Shown here: one piece after another, positions 7,377-10,091 of the stretch
Layout: every line of letters begins with the position of its first letter
Position numbering within the stretch: position 1 is the first letter of the stretch
Origin: Bdellovibrionota bacterium FG-2
GTDB lineage: Bacteria; Bdellovibrionota; UBA1018
Assembly: GCA_051382305.1 (NCBI GenBank)
Contig: JBBCAV010000196.1
Coordinates: 1 to 10,091, forward strand
DNA length: 10,091 nucleotides
Direction: 5' to 3'
Program-made: the position numbers and the translations under genes
The notes under the pieces: model-generated
Databases searched by the model: none
What the model was told of the DNA's origin: nothing
The model's input: only the letters and a program-made list of their open reading frames with translations

Positions 7377-8448
7377 CGTAAGCTTTCTGTCGGATTTGGG
7401 CGAGAACTTCTTCTCCGATTCCGACCTCACCTAACCATTCCATATGAAATGACTCAAGGTGCTCCGAAAGAACGGGGGTGTCTCGCGGGAGGCACGCAAG
7501 CGCGTCTGCCACCGACACAATCATTGCAAGTTGAAAAAGCTCAGGCTCTCCTTCTCTTAGGAAATAGGGTTCTTTGTAAAAGAAAACTGCTTTTTCAATC
7601 GGCGCCAGCAGCTCAAAAGCGGTCATATAAAGCGCGGCGAGCTCATTGTCGAGAATGGGAAATCTGCTTTTCTCAAGCGAATGGATGGCTTGCCTTTTTT
7701 TGGGGCGATAGACTTCGCAATCGGCCAAGAAAGAGGGCCAGGGCTTCTGGCCACCGGCGGTCTTTCCTGCGGGAAAAAGCTGGTCCATTAAGAGTCGGCC
7801 AAGGGGAAGAACGAGTCCCACCGCAAAAACATAGCGATCCATTTTTACCGAAGGAACCATTCGTGCAATTTCATAGGCAATTTTGCCAATGAATAGCCCC
7901 TCTTTATAAAAACCGTCGACGACTTTCTTGATCTCCTTGGATGCCCCGGAGGTCAGGAGGATGTTTAGGATCCAGTCATAGTGAAGGCCGGCATTATAGG
8001 CTTCTTCGGGGTGAATAAAGCTGCGTTCAAGACAAAAATCCTCGGCGGCAATGGCGAAGCGAAGTTGCTCATTTGGTTTGATCGCCATCTTTTCGCCCTG
8101 TTTTTTGGGCAAACCTGTTCCGCGACCACGATTCATTCGAGCGCTCGCCACGAGATTTCGGATGGGCCCCTTTCCAAGAAGACCCAAAATCCGAAGGATA
8201 ATCGCTTCATCATTGTCTATGCCTTCAGGGTCGTCGGCCTTCCACTGGGTCACTTTTTTTGAAAGAAAATCAAGCATGAGCAAACATTGCCCATAGGCAG
8301 GGTTCTTCTGAAATAGGGGAAGTAGGCCTTGAACCATAACGCGCTCGTCTGCTGAATGGGCGATGATATCCATGAGCGTCGAGCCCAAGCGCGAAGGCAT
8401 CAGGTAGTCCTTAATGACCTTTGAAAAAGGCTCAACCTCCGTGCTCAT
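7369..8448 (-). CDS. HDOD-like (HD-related output domain) signalling protein, degenerate
   Basis: 359-aa ORF with HDOD-like segments recognised by eye: 'ILGLLGKGPIRNLV' (cf. Ai.lLG...vrnlv), 'EEAYNAGLHYDW' and 'VFAVGLVLPLGRLLMDQLFP' (cf. af.aGLlHDiGklvl...fP), 'NELAA', and 'IEKAVFFYKEP...LAMIVSVADALA'. No HMM search was run. Confidence 0.6.
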   Translation of the reverse strand: MSTEVEPFSKVIKDYLMPSRLGSTLMDIIAHSADERVMVQGLLPLFQKNPAYGQCLLMLDFLSKKVTQWKADDPEGIDNDEAIILRILGLLGKGPIRNLVASARMNRGRGTGLPKKQGEKMAIKPNEQLRFAIAAEDFCLERSFIHPEEAYNAGLHYDWILNILLTSGASKEIKKVVDGFYKEGLFIGKIAYEIARMVPSVKMDRYVFAVGLVLPLGRLLMDQLFPAGKTAGGQKPWPSFLADCEVYRPKKRQAIHSLEKSRFPILDNELAALYMTAFELLAPIEKAVFFYKEPYFLREGEPELFQLAMIVSVADALACLPRDTPVLSEHLESFHMEWLGEVGIGEEVLAQIRQKAYDV

Positions 8449-8456
8449 CTGTCTTT

Positions 8457-8485
8457 AGATTACGGAGAGTTTCAATTGAAGTCAA
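8457..8485 (-). promoter_or_regulatory. Predicted sigma70-type promoter for the HDOD-ferredoxin genes
   Basis: Minus strand reads TTGACT (8485-8480), a 17-nt spacer, TAATCT (8462-8457), then 8 nt (AAAGACAG) to the ATG at 8448. Confidence 0.65.
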
Positions 8486-8504
8486 TGTAACATCCTCGTA
8501 TAAT
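8476..8504 (+). promoter_or_regulatory. Predicted sigma70-type promoter for the CBS-STAS genes
   Basis: TTGAAG (8476-8481), a 17-nt spacer, a perfect TATAAT (8499-8504), then 6 nt (CAAGTC) to the ATG at 8511. Confidence 0.75.
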
Positions 8505-8510
8505 CAAGTC

Positions 8511-8912
8511 ATGGAAACTACCGCCGAAGAAATCATGTCTACAGAACTCACTACCCTAAGTGAAGACGCAACACTTGAAGACGCATTAAAGACGCTTTCT
8601 CTGAAGCGAATTACGGGTGTTCCTGTGGTCGATGGAGAGGGAAAACTATTAGGAATTTGCTCGGAGTTCGATGTTCTGCTTCACGTCCGAAAACATAAGA
8701 CATTGAATGCAGGTCTTTTTCAGGAAAAAATCATTTTTTCGCGGGAACCTCAAGTGATAAAGAGGTCGACGCCTTTGAGAGAAATATTAGAAAGTTTCGT
8801 GGAGCGCAGATTTAGACGGTTGCCTGTGGTCGACGAAGAAGGTCGCTTGGTAGGGATCATTACCCGTCGTGACCTGATGCGAGTCTATTATTATAGGGCG
8901 AAGCTCTCTTGA
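8511..8912 (+). CDS. Stand-alone CBS-pair (Bateman module) protein
   Basis: Two CBS repeats, 'AEEIMS...ITGVPVVDGEGKLLGICSEFDVL' and 'FRRLPVVDEEGRLVGIITRRDLM'. The ATG at 8511 is where the domain begins; 133 aa. Confidence 0.92.
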   Translation: METTAEEIMSTELTTLSEDATLEDALKTLSLKRITGVPVVDGEGKLLGICSEFDVLLHVRKHKTLNAGLFQEKIIFSREPQVIKRSTPLREILESFVERRFRRLPVVDEEGRLVGIITRRDLMRVYYYRAKLS

Positions 8913-9706
8913 AGCTTTCGCGCGTAGTCGAAAAGAATATTGAGATTCTTCAGGCCACTGGGCCAATCACGGCGCAAGAGGCTCTCGTATTAAGGGCAGG
9001 AATTAGTAAACTTCTAGGCCTCGGGAAAAACATGCTGATCTTGGAGCTTACGGATTCCACGGGTATTGCTCTCGAAGCGCTTCAAGAACTTGCGAAGCTC
9101 AATGATTTAGCACGAGACCTAGGAGGAATGATTGCGCTTTCCGGTGTGACCCCTGAGATGAAACAGGTTATTGATAAATTCTCTATGCCTCCGCCTGTAC
9201 CTTGTTTTCGCGATCGAAATAGCGCGATGATGGCGTTTTTGAAGCCTCCTAAGGCTGGAACTGGATCGAAGGCGCCTCATTTTTCAGGGCCAGCGGTTGC
9301 AGCTAAGGCGTCGGTTACCCCTCCGCCTGCGGCACCGACGCCAGCCCCAGCAAAACCAGGAGTAGCCCCACAGGTAGCGGCAAAGCCTGGCGCAAAACCC
9401 GGAGCCCCTAAAGCGAAGGTCCCCGCAGCTCCCCAAGCGGTTTTGCCGCCGATGACGCTTGATGAAAAGGAAAAAGAGATTCTTCGTCTTCGAGAAGAGC
9501 TTCGAAAAAGAGAAGAGGGCGAATTGGGCGCTTTACGGCGTGAACTTGCGACTTTGAGGCTCGACAATGACGCGATAAAAGAACAACTCAAGAAGATGGT
9601 GTTCGTGCGAAGAAATCCTCCTGACGAGGGAGCTTATCAAAAGAAGATTCAATTGCTTGAGACGCGTGTGGTGGAATTATTGGGAAGAATCGCCGCAAAA
9701 CATTAG
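8909..9706 (+). CDS. STAS (anti-sigma-factor antagonist-like) domain, Pro/Ala/Lys-rich linker and C-terminal coiled coil
   Basis: The N-terminal ~110 aa follow the STAS pattern (ILQATGPIT...LRAGISKLL..GKNMLILELT...LARDLGGMIALSGVTPEMKQVI...CFRDRNSAMMAF). A low-complexity linker and a heptad-rich charged tail follow. The TTG start overlaps the CBS gene stop (TTGA, 8909-8912). Confidence 0.7.
   Translation: MKLSRVVEKNIEILQATGPITAQEALVLRAGISKLLGLGKNMLILELTDSTGIALEALQELAKLNDLARDLGGMIALSGVTPEMKQVIDKFSMPPPVPCFRDRNSAMMAFLKPPKAGTGSKAPHFSGPAVAAKASVTPPPAAPTPAPAKPGVAPQVAAKPGAKPGAPKAKVPAAPQAVLPPMTLDEKEKEILRLREELRKREEGELGALRRELATLRLDNDAIKEQLKKMVFVRRNPPDEGAYQKKIQLLETRVVELLGRIAAKH
9350..9403 (+). repeat. 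Three AKPG peptide repeats in the Pro/Ala-rich linker
   Basis: GCAAAACCAGGA (9350-9361), GCAAAGCCTGGC (9380-9391) and GCAAAACCCGGA (9392-9403), differing only at synonymous positions. Confidence 0.7.
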
Positions 9707-9716
9707 GCGGATAGGA

Positions 9717-9985
9717 TTAGCCCGTGGAAGTTTCTCTGTCTTCCCTTATTTCTGCTTCTTCAGCGGATCTTGAAACAGGCGCCTCTCTTTTGATCTCGTC
9801 AAGATAAGCATCTAGGACTCGCTTCTCCACTTGTGTGCGAGTCCCTTGATTCAAGGGATGAGCGATGTCTTTAAAGGTGCCATCTTTTCGACGTTTGCTC
9901 GGCATGGCAACAAAGAGTCCGGCGTTGCCGCTGATAATTTTGAGATCGCGAATAACAAAACAATCATCCAAAACAATGGTGATGT
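9717..9985 (-). pseudogene. spoVG: spoVG (nucleic-acid-binding regulator), 3' part only; native N-terminus apparently separated by an insertion
   Basis: ITIVLDDCFVIRDLKIISGNAGLFVAMPSKRRKDGTFKDIAHPLNQ.TR is a clear SpoVG signature. The usual ~18-aa start (M.IT.V.v.......LKAy) is absent, and an in-frame TGA lies 8 codons upstream of the TTG at 10022. Confidence 0.75.
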
Positions 9986-10091
9986 CGGAAAATTTCAAGG
10001 AAGATGTCGCATCGGTTTTCAAGCGGCTTGATTTCTTAACTTTTCAATCTCTTTTTTTGTCTCCTTCCCTGGGTTGAGACGGACTTCGTTG
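9986..10091 (-). mobile_element. Right end of a probable IS3-family-like insertion sequence, including the last 23 codons of its transposase (10090-10019)
   Basis: The minus strand encodes NEVRLNPGKETKKEIEKLRNQAA*, which resembles the 'V.LNP....AA*' C-terminus I recall for a subgroup of IS3-family transposases. It is followed by ...TGCGACATCTTCCTTGAAATTTTCCG, resembling the terminus I recall for that subgroup. SpoVG similarity begins abruptly just after it. The boundary is 9986, or 9983 if the end is the canonical ...CA-3'. Only about 106 bp is visible. Confidence 0.6.

Noticed and set aside
7377-7430. Longer start for the ferredoxin at 7430
   Set aside because: It lies 62 nt inside the HDOD-like gene. 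The ATG at 7376 gives a typical short overlap.
8421-8510. Longer start for the CBS ORF at 8421
   Set aside because: It would overlap the divergent gene and run through both predicted promoters. The CBS domain begins at 8511.
10051-10058. A7G slippery sequence (minus strand) in the putative transposase tail as a -1 frameshift into spoVG
   Set aside because: The -1 frame hits TGA within about three codons, before reaching spoVG, and IS3 frameshift sites lie at the orfA/orfB junction rather than the end of orfB.
164-10077. Numerous 60-180 aa alternative-frame and antisense ORFs in the track (e.g. 476-994, 7356-7892, 9277-9591)
   Set aside because: They lie within or almost wholly within well-supported genes and show no recognisable motifs, so they are treated as shadow ORFs.
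1-10091. CRISPR array, tRNA/rRNA, riboswitch (e.g. SAM/SAH) or defence system
   Set aside because: No regularly spaced repeats or RNA-gene signatures were seen. All intergenic gaps are 62 bp or less, and the 41-bp gap before punA is too short for a typical riboswitch with an expression platform.

Overview
Gene-dense bacterial window of moderate GC. The gene repertoire is reminiscent of Bdellovibrionota/Oligoflexia-like organisms, but that is inference only. In order it holds: (1) a large Met-zincin zinc metalloprotease whose 5' end lies outside the window; (2) a tightly packed four-gene operon encoding an inosine-type purine nucleoside phosphorylase, an MtaD/DadD-type deaminase, a class II aldolase and MtnA. 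Together these reconstruct a 'deaminate-first' DHAP-shunt route for the SAM by-products MTA and 5'-deoxyadenosine; (3) a divergent signalling locus, [2x4Fe-4S ferredoxin <- degenerate HDOD-like protein] <-> [CBS-pair protein -> STAS/Pro-Ala linker/coiled-coil protein]. Its 62-bp intergenic gap holds two back-to-back sigma70-type promoters with overlapping -35 boxes, both positioned to give leaderless or nearly leaderless mRNAs; (4) a spoVG gene lacking its normal N-terminus, apparently because the right end of an IS3-family-like element is inserted in it at the window edge. No rRNA, tRNA or CRISPR array was seen.
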